Positions 36,801 through 48,433 of a stretch of 64,000 bases of DNA are shown piece after piece. Where the stretch lies: positions 3,762 through 67,761 of the forward strand of contig JAUCBJ010000343.1 in assembly GCA_032718475.1 (NCBI GenBank), read 5' to 3'. Position numbers and translations under genes: made by a program. The DNA comes from Nemertoderma westbladi. Its lineage: Eukaryota > Animalia > Xenacoelomorpha. The notes below the pieces were generated by a model. That model saw only the letters and a list, made by a program, of their open reading frames with translations. It ran no database searches and was not told the origin of the DNA. Position 1 is the first letter of the stretch, and each line of letters starts with the position of its first letter.

Positions 36801-38861
36801 GCCATTATACTTAGTCGCACGAAGATAGATCAATGGAGGCATTGCCCTGGGACGATTAATCCAGCCGACATCGCCTCCAGGGGAGCAACTCCACAAGAAC
36901 TGATAGATACTCCAGACTGGTTAGGTGGACCCGACTTCCTAAGCAAGGAAGAGGATGAATGGCCTCCTCATCTTACTACGGCGGAGATTAGACAAGCCAA
37001 GGGAGCGGAGAAAGTCAAACCTAAAACCCGGGCGAGTAAATCGAAGTTATTTAAACCCGTGATAGATCTGTCTGTACTACACACTTCCGGAGACGACGTT
37101 TTGGATCCAAAATCCCCAGCCACAAACAAGTCTGTTGTGGAAATCAGAGAGAGAGATTGGAAATCTGGAACACCAGACGTCTCGCAGGGACTCTCACCCC
37201 TCCTGCAGAGAGCGATACATCACTATAGCTCCTGGAATCGGCTTTGTAAGGCTGTTGCTTATTTAAAGCGATGTTTTCATCATCACTACTCCAGGACGAA
37301 GATCGCTAGTGATGCCGCTCCACTGACATCTGCGCAGGTCCATGTTGTTAAAGATCTTCCCAAATACAAGATATCAGACAGATTTCTGAAGGAGAGGATC
37401 AGTTACCAGGAGCATGAAGAAACAAATAAGCAGATACTGAGACTCCTGCAATGCTATGAGGATTCCGATAAGTATTTCCTATTGTTGAGAAATCCACAGA
37501 TGCGCTTAAGGGATCGTTTCTCTAGCACAATGATAGATGGGTTAATACGCGTTGGAGGAAGACTAACTAATGCTCCATTATCCTTTGACACTAAGTTTCC
37601 CATACTCATTAGAAATCTTGAAATACAAATCAAGATGATTGTAGATGTTCACAGTAAGCTTTACCATGCTGGTAGAGAACGAGTTCTTAGCGAAATTCGA
37701 ACTCGCTATTATTTTCATAAACCCCGTAGAGCTCTGAACCAAGTTCTTAGGAACTGCATACCCTGTAGGAAAGCATTCAGTAGGCCTTTAACACAGCGAG
37801 AGACAGAATTACCTAGGGAACGAGTAAGCTTCTATGAACCACCCTTCACAAATACCGGTGTGGATTTATTTGGCCCTATTGAAGTATATCGTGCTAGGAC
37901 TATAGTCAAGAGATGGTGTGTCATCTTTGTCTGTATGACTTGTAGAGCTATCCATCTCGATATGGTGAACGATCTATCTACCAACAGCTTCATACTGAGC
38001 TTACGCCGACAGATCGCTCGCTTTGGAACTAGTAACACGATGAGATCTGATAAGGGAACGAACTTCATTGGTGCCAACAATGAAATCAAGGCTTACGTCA
38101 AAGATTGGAACCAAAGACAGGTGGACGATCAGCTAAGGGTAACAGCGTCTAGCTGGACCTTCAACGCCGCCGACGCCCCTTGGTGGGGAGGAAGTTGGGA
38201 GAGATTAATCAGAAGCGTGAAGACCGCATTTCACTTTATAGTGCCGTGCCGCGTGTATCTCACCGACGAACTTTTGCGGACGTTAATGGAGGAAATCGCC
38301 GCCTATCTCAACGAGAGACCGCTTATGCCAGTCTCATCGAGTCCCGATTCCCTGGAAGCGCTAACACCCACGCACTTCCTACTGAAGAAACCTGTAGCCA
38401 TGCTCTCACGATCGGAAATCACGGACGGAGACGAATACTGCCGGCAAACTTGGCAACTTATGCAGTTGTTATCCTGTCGTTTCGCTGACCATTTCGAAAA
38501 ACATTATCTGCCTACGCTACAACTTCGAACTAAGTGGTTTGCGCAGCAAGAAAGCGTCAGCGCCGGAGACATGGTCCTTATTGTGGAGTCAGATCTTCCA
38601 CGTAAGCGGTGGCAGACAGGTCGTATCATCGAGACTCATATCTCAGATGACGGTTTGGTGCGATCGGTAGAACTCGTCGTCATGCGACGTAACTTTAAGA
38701 AACCTGGAATTGTGTTCGAAACACAACAATTCAATCGCCCAGTTGGTCGTTTATGTTTACTGGAAAGAGACAGAGAACTCTCCGGAAACTATAGAAGGCA
38801 AGATACTCTTCCCACGACCACCTCCCTAATCCAACCAACACCCAGGGACTCCCCAACGTAA
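30818..38861 (+). pseudogene. Bel/Pao gag-pol polyprotein with at least six lesions
   Basis: Coiled-coil N-terminus (KAAAAEAER repeats); three Cys-His knuckles (CALCDGPHRLSVC, CYNCLRQGHQRRTC, CVKCGTKHHILLH); protease LLDSGS; RT VRVVFDGS/DIEGMFLQ/YMDD; RNase H LHVFGDAS, YWTD, NPADIASRG; integrase HAG...CIPC, GVDLFGP, SDKGTNF, WWGGSWERL. Stops or frameshifts near 31460, 32917, 33265, 34965 and 35049, plus a deletion just before YMDD (about 35965). Confidence 0.92.
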
Positions 38862-39383
38862 CAGTGTCTGGAGTGGGTGTGTGACTATATTATTTTATAT
38901 ATTTTATTATTTTTATATTTATGTGTGTATTATTATGTACTCTTATTATAATCGTTTTCTTTAATTTTATTTAGTAGAATGTTGTTCTAGCGATTATCTA
39001 GTAGATTAGTGCAATATATATTAGTCTTATTACTTAATTACTTATATATTATATATTTAGTGCGACGGCGAGAAATAATTATTTTTCTCTTTCCTTACTG
39101 TCCGTATCATATTATAAATGCGTGACTACAGTAAGATGAAATATCCGTACTTATTAAAGTACAATAAAGCTCCTACTATACTCAAGTATTATTGGTAAGT
39201 TGAGTATTAGGAATGCAAAATTCAGATCCTCGTGTCTCGGCTAAACCAAGCTCTGGGTAGACCTTGGAAACGACTTGCCTCTTCTCACTGGCATTGCTTC
39301 TTGCAATATTGCTCTCATACCGTATATTAAATAATACATATAGTAGCGTGATGTCCCTTTAACAGTAGCGTAAAACGCAAAAT

Positions 39384-39760
39384 AAATCTGTTGAACCCTT
39401 TGACCATCTGCAATTCTAGTCGATTAAGATATCGCGGCACCCACCGATATACTTGAAAGGCAAAATTCTAGAATCAGTGGTTAACGTCCCCAGACATGTT
39501 CTGGAATAAATCGGTGCCCATCTTAAATATTAACTATTAATATTTATAAAATCTGTCAAACAAATACAATATAGTAAATACTTACAAGTTAACTCTAGAA
39601 AATCTATAAATTAAAATCTGTCAAATTTTAGATCCTTTAAAATTCTAGTCGATTAAAATATCGTAGCACTTACCAATACTCTTAAAAGGACAAATTTCCT
39701 AGAATCAAGGATCACAGTTCCCAGACATGCTCTGGAATAAAATTGTGCTTATTCCAACAT
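39384..39760 (+). ncRNA. Tandem pair of putative structured cis-acting RNA elements in the pol-ORF3 spacer
   Basis: Two diverged copies about 230 bp apart keep the same helices through compensatory changes (see findings). Confidence 0.5.
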
Positions 39761-40564
39761 TAAATAATAAAATTTACGGGAATAAATTTAAATTCATCTC
39801 TTTTAATGAATTTGATAAATTGTCATTTTTATACAATTTATAACATTCCCAAAATTCCATTAATTAATAGATCATGGGAGCGGAGATTCACCCTATTAAG
39901 TATATTAGTGTGCGAGAATCTCCAATATATAGTCAATAGCCGATAAAATTTCATAAAATCATGTATAAAGGGGATATTGACAATTAAAGAATTACTATTA
40001 AATAGCATCCCAGATCTGTATGCATGGGAATTACCCTAATTCTACTGCTAGCTTTCCATAATGTCACCATAGCAACAACCACGCTAGAATTAGAAGCGAG
40101 TTAAAAGAACAATAGAAAGCTTGCCCCATTGAATAGCATACGGAATAAATAGCACCCTGCTAGTATCCAGGGATACATAATAATAACGTGGCATTCTGGA
40201 AGGCACTTTACTAACAGACAAATGGCCCGAATGTGTACAATTTGTGACAGGAGTGTGGAATTTGTGTATTTATAGGTGAATGTTACTACTAAAGTGTGTT
40301 TACAGTAGCGAGTCGCAGTTGTGAAAGTAGCCCTAACTCTGCAGTAAGAACCTGAAGTAAATCTAAGCCTTTGGGACGGACAGTGGAGTGACTCGCGCTG
40401 GTTATCATTGTCGTTGTGTAGCTACTACGTTGGCGAAAAACACAGCAACGACGGTACATCGGCGCTGAGGATCTTGCACTGTCCGGGTGCCGTGAGGGGT
40501 AGGCAGCAAAGCCCGCTAGCCTAATTATAACTAATTATAATATTGATAAACTCATCTAGCAGCT

Positions 40565-43500
40565 ATGACTGAGTTGATAGAAGATGATCTTGGTATCAGG
40601 GAGCGATATACTCTACCGTTACAAGCGTTTGTTGATAGCTTAATACGCGGCGACGCTAGCCCAACTACTACGGAATCCGCTGGTCTTTATATCGAACCGC
40701 CAATGTCCCAGGAGCAACTCACGCGTGAATTGGACTATAGAAAATTCACTGCTCGCTATACGCATCATAATGGTACGTATATGGACTTCTTAACTACTGG
40801 CCATCCTATCGATTTACACGACACGGACGATGTAGACACCGAAAGGGAAATGGTTTTATTTAAATATCATACCCAGCAGAGTCGGAACGATAAACCGAGA
40901 ATAGAACACGAGAATTCTATTCGAAACCGACTCGAAAGAGAAGAAGTTGAAGAGCCGGATAAATGCAGCGACTTCAACGATTATCTGGAATTCTTGAGAG
41001 AAACATATCTCAATATTGCCAGTCAACAGAATCTAGAAACTCGATATCCTCAAGGTATACATCATGACCCCATGATAGAACTCAAACGGCTCTATTTCAC
41101 CATGATGTATCTTACCGCCGATCGTCCACTACCTGTTATCCCGGATAGTTTTGAACAAATGGAAGAATATTGTAAAACTGGAGAACGATCACCCGCGTTT
41201 CCCTTGCAAGACGTGCGTCTTTGGTATTACTGTGATGAATGCCCTAGACCCAACCAGCAAACGGAAAGACATAAACATCCGCGGAGACGTTGCGCTAAAC
41301 ACAGTTTTACTCGTTATACCTATGGGAGTTTCGAGCGAAACTTGTTCGACGTATCACCTACGCTCGCTCGACTCAAACGATCCTTAAATAAACCCATGAT
41401 CAGAGTTCCGGAATACTTGGTCAGACCTCCTCATTCCTTAGTGAGACCTCAAACGCTTGATCCTAATAGTATAACGGATCCCCCTGAATTGTACTCACTA
41501 TTTAAAGATCTTGTGTTACCCGAACAATTAATCGGTGGCACTCCGGTAGTGGACTCGCTAGATATTCGCCCATCCTATCTAGCCGGATTGGGACGCGGGC
41601 ATCTAATATCGCCGTTCAACCCGTACAATCGTCCCGGTTTAACCCCGATACAACCCGTCACCGAAGTCGAGGAGAGCGTTGTACGAAACGCGTTAGACGC
41701 TATTCGGCAGAATATCGGAAAAGGAACTTACGATTGTTTAGAGAAACGCAAATTGCAGCAACAAGTCCAAGCGGTGAAGGAATTAGCTTTACCCCAGTTC
41801 GATCGAGAAATCCAGAACCTCGAGGAAGACATCGATCTTGGACGAACCTATTCTCTACAAGAGTTCCTAGATGAGCGTTTACAACGACAAGCGGAGGAAA
41901 ATCAGCTCGAGGAGAAACACATAGAAATGGATGAGAGAGAAGAAGCAGCTTTAGCCCAGCCAGAAGCTCAAATCCTTATGACTGATCTCTATTCTAAAAC
42001 CATCATTCATCCTTCGATGGTTCCCCATTTCGGAGACAAACTCTTCGCCACGGCACAACCTCAACTGGTTGATATCAACCTAAGATCTCGAGATCTTATC
42101 GCTGACGCTCCTATGTTGCAACATCCGCCTATCGAGGCCGCTCGTGTCAACGGTATACTCGTTGAACCTCCGGACAATAGAGCGGATCTTGTCCGTCGTA
42201 TGGTACACGAGGTTAACATACGCGCTAGACCTTTACCGAACTCGTTTTATGGGATCAAAGATCACCCTTATTATGTCAATCTAACTCAATATTACATGGT
42301 AAAACCGGAAGATCCTACACATAGTCTAAGGTTTCTACCACTAATAAATCCTCTCGATCTTGTCGAACTCGAACAACTGCAGAAACATCTGGATCAGTTA
42401 GTGAAAGTAAACTCATTCCGAAAACCCTATAATGTTTCCAGAATAGAGAAGGATATAATACCTCCGTATAATCTCGATGGATTTATCAAAACTCGATTAG
42501 TCCACTGGAATCTCGACGTGTTATTCGAGGAGGAGAGAATACAACGATATGGAGATGTAGAAACATATACTACACAGTATTTGAAGTATAGAGATCTACC
42601 TAACGCTAGCGAATGCACCACCTTGTGGCATCCAGTGGGAATGACCCTAGAAAACGCCACTAAAGAGTGGAACGAAACACTTAACGTTATAGAGATGTAT
42701 GGAGTTGTCACTTATGATAACGAAGGTAGCGTTCTGGTTGGAGAACTGGGAACTACGCGCATGATACATATACGAGGACTAGCTGGTTCTACCCACGTAT
42801 TTACTCAAGCATGTTCCGACGTGATTGATTATTCTTTTGAGACCCTCACCGAGATACAAAAGAAACTCCGACATGGACAATTCGAACTCGTGCAGCGTTA
42901 CGTCACTGACACCGAGCGCAAACCGGCCATGGGTATTGATGGATCGATGTTACCCCAGCCCGTGCTCGAGATGTTGTTTAACGAAAGAATCCTTAAAATC
43001 GGCTCAGCTGTTTATGGAGATCTCCAAAATGACTTTAGGAACATGGAGAATATCCCATATCCTTTCGTAGATACTCAGCTGATTGCTCCCTGGGCAGAAG
43101 GCCGAGGTTTCTTCCGCACTATGTATGCCAATACACCCAGCGGTATCACTAAAGTACAACGAACCTCCATCGGACATCTTGCCTTTCAAGAATACGGATG
43201 GAATTTCAAGGTCGGAAATCCTATCAACTATCAACAAGTATATGGAGATCATTATTCTCGATTATACTTCGATGGACCATTGACCGCACCTGGTGTCGTG
43301 TATAGCTTCATGAGTGTTCCACTTCGTCCCTCCTTAGCTATATACACGATCTTTGAAAACGCCACACTTGCCGGTTGGCTAGCTGATGTGTGCAGTCGTA
43401 CTATACGCGCCCATCCCTTAATACTTGGAACCAAACTCGCCAAGCTAGATGAACACAATAAATTCATCCGCTTCGAATGTTTCAGGCGCTTTCTGACTCC

Positions 43501-44770
43501 GTTCCGTAACGTTGATAGTCAGTTCAAGGACCGCGCTCTGACCAAGCTCAGACTAAGAGCTGAGAAGTTAGACAGCGCTGGATTCGCCATTTTCCAGGAT
43601 GTTTGTATACAGAACTTACATTCCTCTGTTATACAAAGACCTCGAATCCCCACGGGTTATTCTATCGTGGAAGTTCAGACAGCGGGTTCGCTTGAGGAGA
43701 CAGCCACACCTATCTCAGCTATGCAACTGGAAGACGAACCAATATGCTTAGAATCCGAGGAGATTCAGCCTACAGCGCCCCGGAGCAGCGACAACGACTA
43801 CGTCTTGGAATGGTATCAAGGTCCACAGTGTCTCACCGCATACAATTATCGGCATGCCAACTATGTTTCTCGAAAACGTTGCCGATTATGTGCATCGAGA
43901 GATCATTTCACCCCCATGGACTCAGACGTACCCTGCTCCTATTTCCATGAACAACCGGCGATGGAGATCTATTGTGCGTATTGCAGACTCAATAACTTGC
44001 ACATTTTCGCAGTCTGGCCCCAATTTATGACTCAATGCCATCATTGTCAACTTAAAGGACATGCCAGTTTTGATTGCCCTTTTAACCGCGATCTGGAAAG
44101 CGTAGATGTAATGACTACCCTACGCTACATCCGAGCTTGGGAAGCGAATGCGGATTTACATTGTGAGTCACGCCATCGCTATCCTTATCTATTCGCGTCT
44201 GTTGAACAAAAATCACGCACACCGAGTTACGAACTAATGAAGCGTGTTGGTGAGTGTATTTCAACCAAATTTGTTCGTAAATATCTCAGGAACATTAATC
44301 CTAATGATATTAATTCCTATAACTTGATTAACTTCATCCGTCAAGATCCGGAGTATGGCGATTTGTTCATCAACTCGCATCCAGAGTTACAGGAAGTGCA
44401 TCGACGGCCCTACAAATATCGAGCCCGAGAACGCGAGTTGGAAAGAACCATTAAACAGAGGAAGTTTCTCACTACCCATGGTCCACCCACCGCTCTCATT
44501 CAGACGACTCATCAGGGACCAGTAAGAGCTGCTGTCCTGAAACGCGCTCTAAAGGCCATCCGACCTCGCTCCACTGAGGTTGATATCGATCAACCAGGTA
44601 CCTCGACCGGCGGATACACCGACCATAATCCTAAACCTTCCGATGCAATTGTATTGCACCCTTCACCCAGGAGTTATAGCCCTCCTAGTAAAGTGGCTCG
44701 CCCCAAAGAGAAAAGGACTCTTGCTAGCCTCAAAAAACTGCGTAAACGCCGTCCGCTCAAGAAAGACTAA
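40565..44770 (+). CDS. Accessory ORF3 of the Bel/Pao element: 1401 aa with a DnaQ-like (WRN/EXD/Mut-7-type) 3'-5' exonuclease-like domain and C-terminal zinc knuckles
   Basis: Intact ORF between integrase and the 3' LTR. ExoI VVTYDNEG (D718/E720); LPQPVLEMLFNERILKIGSAVYGD (D819); FVDTQLIA; TSIGHLAFQEYG; candidate ExoIII PLRPSLAIYTIFE. Cys/His clusters CRLC...H...C, CAYC...H and CHHCQLKGHASFDC. Confidence 0.75.
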   Translation: MTELIEDDLGIRERYTLPLQAFVDSLIRGDASPTTTESAGLYIEPPMSQEQLTRELDYRKFTARYTHHNGTYMDFLTTGHPIDLHDTDDVDTEREMVLFKYHTQQSRNDKPRIEHENSIRNRLEREEVEEPDKCSDFNDYLEFLRETYLNIASQQNLETRYPQGIHHDPMIELKRLYFTMMYLTADRPLPVIPDSFEQMEEYCKTGERSPAFPLQDVRLWYYCDECPRPNQQTERHKHPRRRCAKHSFTRYTYGSFERNLFDVSPTLARLKRSLNKPMIRVPEYLVRPPHSLVRPQTLDPNSITDPPELYSLFKDLVLPEQLIGGTPVVDSLDIRPSYLAGLGRGHLISPFNPYNRPGLTPIQPVTEVEESVVRNALDAIRQNIGKGTYDCLEKRKLQQQVQAVKELALPQFDREIQNLEEDIDLGRTYSLQEFLDERLQRQAEENQLEEKHIEMDEREEAALAQPEAQILMTDLYSKTIIHPSMVPHFGDKLFATAQPQLVDINLRSRDLIADAPMLQHPPIEAARVNGILVEPPDNRADLVRRMVHEVNIRARPLPNSFYGIKDHPYYVNLTQYYMVKPEDPTHSLRFLPLINPLDLVELEQLQKHLDQLVKVNSFRKPYNVSRIEKDIIPPYNLDGFIKTRLVHWNLDVLFEEERIQRYGDVETYTTQYLKYRDLPNASECTTLWHPVGMTLENATKEWNETLNVIEMYGVVTYDNEGSVLVGELGTTRMIHIRGLAGSTHVFTQACSDVIDYSFETLTEIQKKLRHGQFELVQRYVTDTERKPAMGIDGSMLPQPVLEMLFNERILKIGSAVYGDLQNDFRNMENIPYPFVDTQLIAPWAEGRGFFRTMYANTPSGITKVQRTSIGHLAFQEYGWNFKVGNPINYQQVYGDHYSRLYFDGPLTAPGVVYSFMSVPLRPSLAIYTIFENATLAGWLADVCSRTIRAHPLILGTKLAKLDEHNKFIRFECFRRFLTPFRNVDSQFKDRALTKLRLRAEKLDSAGFAIFQDVCIQNLHSSVIQRPRIPTGYSIVEVQTAGSLEETATPISAMQLEDEPICLESEEIQPTAPRSSDNDYVLEWYQGPQCLTAYNYRHANYVSRKRCRLCASRDHFTPMDSDVPCSYFHEQPAMEIYCAYCRLNNLHIFAVWPQFMTQCHHCQLKGHASFDCPFNRDLESVDVMTTLRYIRAWEANADLHCESRHRYPYLFASVEQKSRTPSYELMKRVGECISTKFVRKYLRNINPNDINSYNLINFIRQDPEYGDLFINSHPELQEVHRRPYKYRARERELERTIKQRKFLTTHGPPTALIQTTHQGPVRAAVLKRALKAIRPRSTEVDIDQPGTSTGGYTDHNPKPSDAIVLHPSPRSYSPPSKVARPKEKRTLASLKKLRKRRPLKKD

Positions 44771-44847
44771 CTGTTTAGAGTATTTTTATATTTTAGAAAC
44801 TGTGATTTTTATATTTTATAGAATTAAATCCCATTTTCTGGGAGCGG

Positions 44848-46065
44848 TGTAAAGGCTTTTGCGGATATAACTAGTCATTTTCCCCGCAAAGTACTCTGTA
44901 GGTGTTTTAGCGGACATAAAAAGCCGTTTTTCTTACTGTGTAGGTGTTTTAGTGGACATAAAAAGCCATTTTTCTGTATGTGTACTTTAGCGGACATAAC
45001 AAGCCATTTTATGCCGCAATACGCCAAAATACTCTTAATACAGTGTGGCTTAGATGACGAAATCTATCAGCTGATTTTGATGTCGATGTGGAGCTTTCTT
45101 AACTCTCTTTGTTCAGCTCACTCGACCAATCAGAGCGATTTTCATTTTATTTTGTACAGAAGCCTACGGGAAATCGCGCAATGCATGACGGTCTTTGTTT
45201 TACCTTTTTCCTGAGCCCAGAACATCGGCTTTGGAATTATTCTTAGTTTCAGACTTTAGCCAAATATTCGACGGCTTTGATTATAGGAACGTATAACTGT
45301 TATCGCAGTGCCAGACTCATACCAAACTGGACACACAAATGCAGCTCATATTATACTATACGTAACTTTCACCGCATTATTTTACTGCTATTTACTGTCG
45401 GTTATTAATTGTTAGAAGTTGATGGATATGTTGTTATATTTGGAGAATATCGATAAATAATCATAAAACCCCAATCTTCTTGATATACTGAAGGTTAGAG
45501 AGACTGGTTACCTGTAGCAATTGCGACTTACATTATAGTGGTTTTGGAGTGAATTGAATGCTATTTCATAATCCCTACATGTGTCAGTTACTATTCTCCT
45601 TATATATGATCAAATTTAGTGAAGGTCGGCAGATCAGTGTGCAGCAGTGTGCGGTAGTGTGCATGAGTGTGACAGATAACAAAGCATTTCCTAAAGAATG
45701 CGCTTTATACGAAAATCATTAGCCATCCCGTTGTGTTTAGTGTAAGTCATAACTCTGTTTACATACTTAAAGTGCCACGTCCTAAAGGAACTGTTAATAT
45801 TTCCCGAAAGTAAATAATATTTGTCAGAGATTATATATTAACGATCAATCGAATAGTACAGTAAGTCTACACCGCAATAAGGTCAGAGCCTCCGAATCCA
45901 GTCTCCCTTAACTGTGGGTGAATGGTCGCGCATAGGCTGGCTTCGGCTAATGTAACTTTATATCTTATATGCAACAAATACTTGTTATAGGCTAAAGTCG
46001 ATTTATTAACTAGAAGACACCTAAAATTAGCGGGTTAAACTGCTAAAGGTCTAAAAGCGCGAACA
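44848..46065 (+). repeat. 3' LTR of Bel/Pao element 2 (1218 bp)
   Basis: Copy of the 5' LTR with one extra about 41-bp repeat unit and a small indel cluster. Preceded by GGGAGCGG, followed by TSD GCAAC. Confidence 0.95.
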
Positions 46066-46766
46066 GCAACAATCAGACAATTAGGCAAATTATAAATATT
46101 TCATTAACTATATAGACAGTACAAACAAAATAAAGAAACAATAAACAAAACAAAGTATAGTGTACAAAAGGCACTAAACAATTAAAGATTACAAAACTCG
46201 ATAAACAATTAGAGAATTAAAGAGTACAAAATACAATAAACAATTGAATTGAATTAAAGTAAACAAACAGCAATACAACACTACAGTACCAGTACCAGAA
46301 AGACATTTTATTACATTTCTATGAACCCTAGTCATCATATCCACCTAACCAAAGTTGCATAAGAGAGGTTTCTAAGAAAATATTATGAAACTAGTGTCAT
46401 AAATAGGGAAACGATTGGCCCACGCTAATTTCAGCTATCCGCTCGCTGCATGACATGTTATTTAGTACACCTTGCTGAGGCCTAAGCGTTTTGCATGACA
46501 TTTCTCTCGTATCTCATCTGGACCAATCAGGAAACAGTATTCGACTACGCGTATGCATACGCGTATGTCAAAGCGCTCAATGTAATGTATAGATTCGTGG
46601 TTACGTCAGAACATACGTGGATACGTACGGCGTACTGTATGTTGAAAAGTAAAACCCTTACATCAGTACCGGTATACTGCAGCACTGGCTGACTCGTGCT
46701 GTCGTGGTACGCCTACCGCAGTACCGGTACAGCAGTAACAGCATACAGTGCAGCAGCGATACAGAA

Positions 46767-46883
46767 ATGTCTACAAGAGCTTTCCGAAGATTTGTTGCTG
46801 ATAATACTAGGGGGGAAACACAATTAAAGGAATCCAATGAAAACAACGATTTGAATGTTCTAGACATCGAAGAAGAAATACTT
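46767..46883 (+). CDS. TCF25: Coding exon 1 of a TCF25/Nulp1 (Rqc1)-like gene
   Basis: MSTRAFRRFVADNTRG...DIEEEIL resembles the TCF25 start MSRRALRRL. GTAAGT donor at 46884, phase 0. CCAAT boxes upstream at about 46413 (reverse) and 46522. Confidence 0.6.
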
Positions 46884-47010
46884 GTAAGTCTGTCGGTTCG
46901 GTACCGGACCGGAACTGGGAACCGGTAGGCCTTAACCTGTTAGCGTCATAAACACAGGACAGCAGGAACACAGCAATTCCAAAATCTGAAAAATAGTACC
47001 GGTAGCCCGA

Positions 47011-48433
47011 GGCGGGTGTTTGAAAAAGGTGGACTGGATAGGTACAGAAAACATGGACAATGCAGCAATGGACATAGCAATCAGAAATGTATTAAGCATA
47101 CAGCCTACCGGTAGCAGTTTGTTGCGATTGGTCTGTCCACCTTTTCGCTTTCTTAATTACATTCTACCTGCATGCATACCGGTACCGGTCAGCCGGTACA
47201 GTAATTGGGAATAAGATGTGTGTTTGAAAAATGTGGACTGGAACTGGACACAGATAGATAATTGTCTCACCAATCAGAAACGTATCAAGCAATTACAGAA
47301 TTAGGCCTATAGGCCTAAATGCTGTTTTGTAGTGATTGGACTGTCCACCTTTTTCAGGTTTCACTGAAAGTTATCACAGGGACAGGATTATCTGATTATG
47401 GGGCGCGGTAAATAAGAACATTAGGCCTATTCACCTAGGTAGATGGGGATTATTGCTCCTCATCTTCAATTATTTATCTATAATCGGCATGCTGGAAGCA
47501 GCTGCATTAAGAATGCTATCTCGGGCTGTCGACTAAAATTGCGCCGCCACAACACAACTCCCATCACCCATGACTTTCGGGAGATTATCCGCAACTTCAA
47601 GGCCATAGTGTCTTTTGGGAGGCGCCTCAAGAAAGCCATGGTCTTCAATTACGGTAGTCAGACTGCTGTACTGTAATAAATAATATTCTGGAATATTTTG
47701 TTTATATAATAAGTAGCTACGGAATAGAATGACATCAAACTATTAATACTCGTAAACAAATAACTAAAATAGTAATATCTAAAAATATTGTGTACAGTAC
47801 AGTACTGTATGTATGAAATAGAATAAGTGGCCTGCAGATTGCATGCGCAAGCTAAATACCTGCAATTTTTTGAACGCCGATATCTCAGATATTTTTCAAC
47901 GAAACTAATAGTTATTTACATATTTAGAATCGTTGCAACGACAGCTTTCCATTGCTACTGTACGAGCCACTATAAGGACGAAGAATAACTGCGATGCGAC
48001 TGCGGTGTAATATCGACAAAATTATTGATTCAACAATTTCTTTTAATACAGTAATTATAATAATAAGCATAATTTTAACAATAAAACTACATAGAGGGCC
48101 TATTGTAGAATAAATAAAATACCGGTACAGTACTATATTTACCTTATCGCGAATCGATCTCACTTATTTGCCTCCCTCGCTGCGCTCGGTCTTTTATTAA
48201 CAGATCTCTGGACGAACGAAGTTATATTATATTTACTATTATTATTTACTATTATATTTACTATTTATATTTATTTACGTTATATTATATTTCCCGCACA
48301 ATAGATATTAATTATAGTTATAATCTGTCTCTGTTAGAATATTAACGTTCAAATGTTGATGCTAAAGGCCTGTGATTTGTCTGTCCATTGTCCATATTTT
48401 CTGTGTCCAGTCCACCTTTTTCAAACTCATCCC
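47011..48433. mobile_element. Non-autonomous TIR element in intron 1
   Basis: gtttgaaaaaggtggactgga (47018) versus tccagtccacctttttcaaac (48406-48426), with internal partial copies. Confidence 0.6.

Larger units (their letters stand above)
27721..46065 (+). mobile_element. Large (18,345 bp) Bel/Pao LTR retrotransposon with an extra 3' ORF
   Basis: TG...CA LTRs at 27721-28884 and 44848-46065. 5-bp TSD GCAAC (27716-27720, 46066-46070). Gag-PR-RT-RH-IN order with Bel/Pao motifs. Confidence 0.95.

Noticed and set aside
40565-44770. env gene in the Bel/Pao element
   Set aside because: No signal peptide or transmembrane segment is visible; exonuclease-like motifs are present instead.
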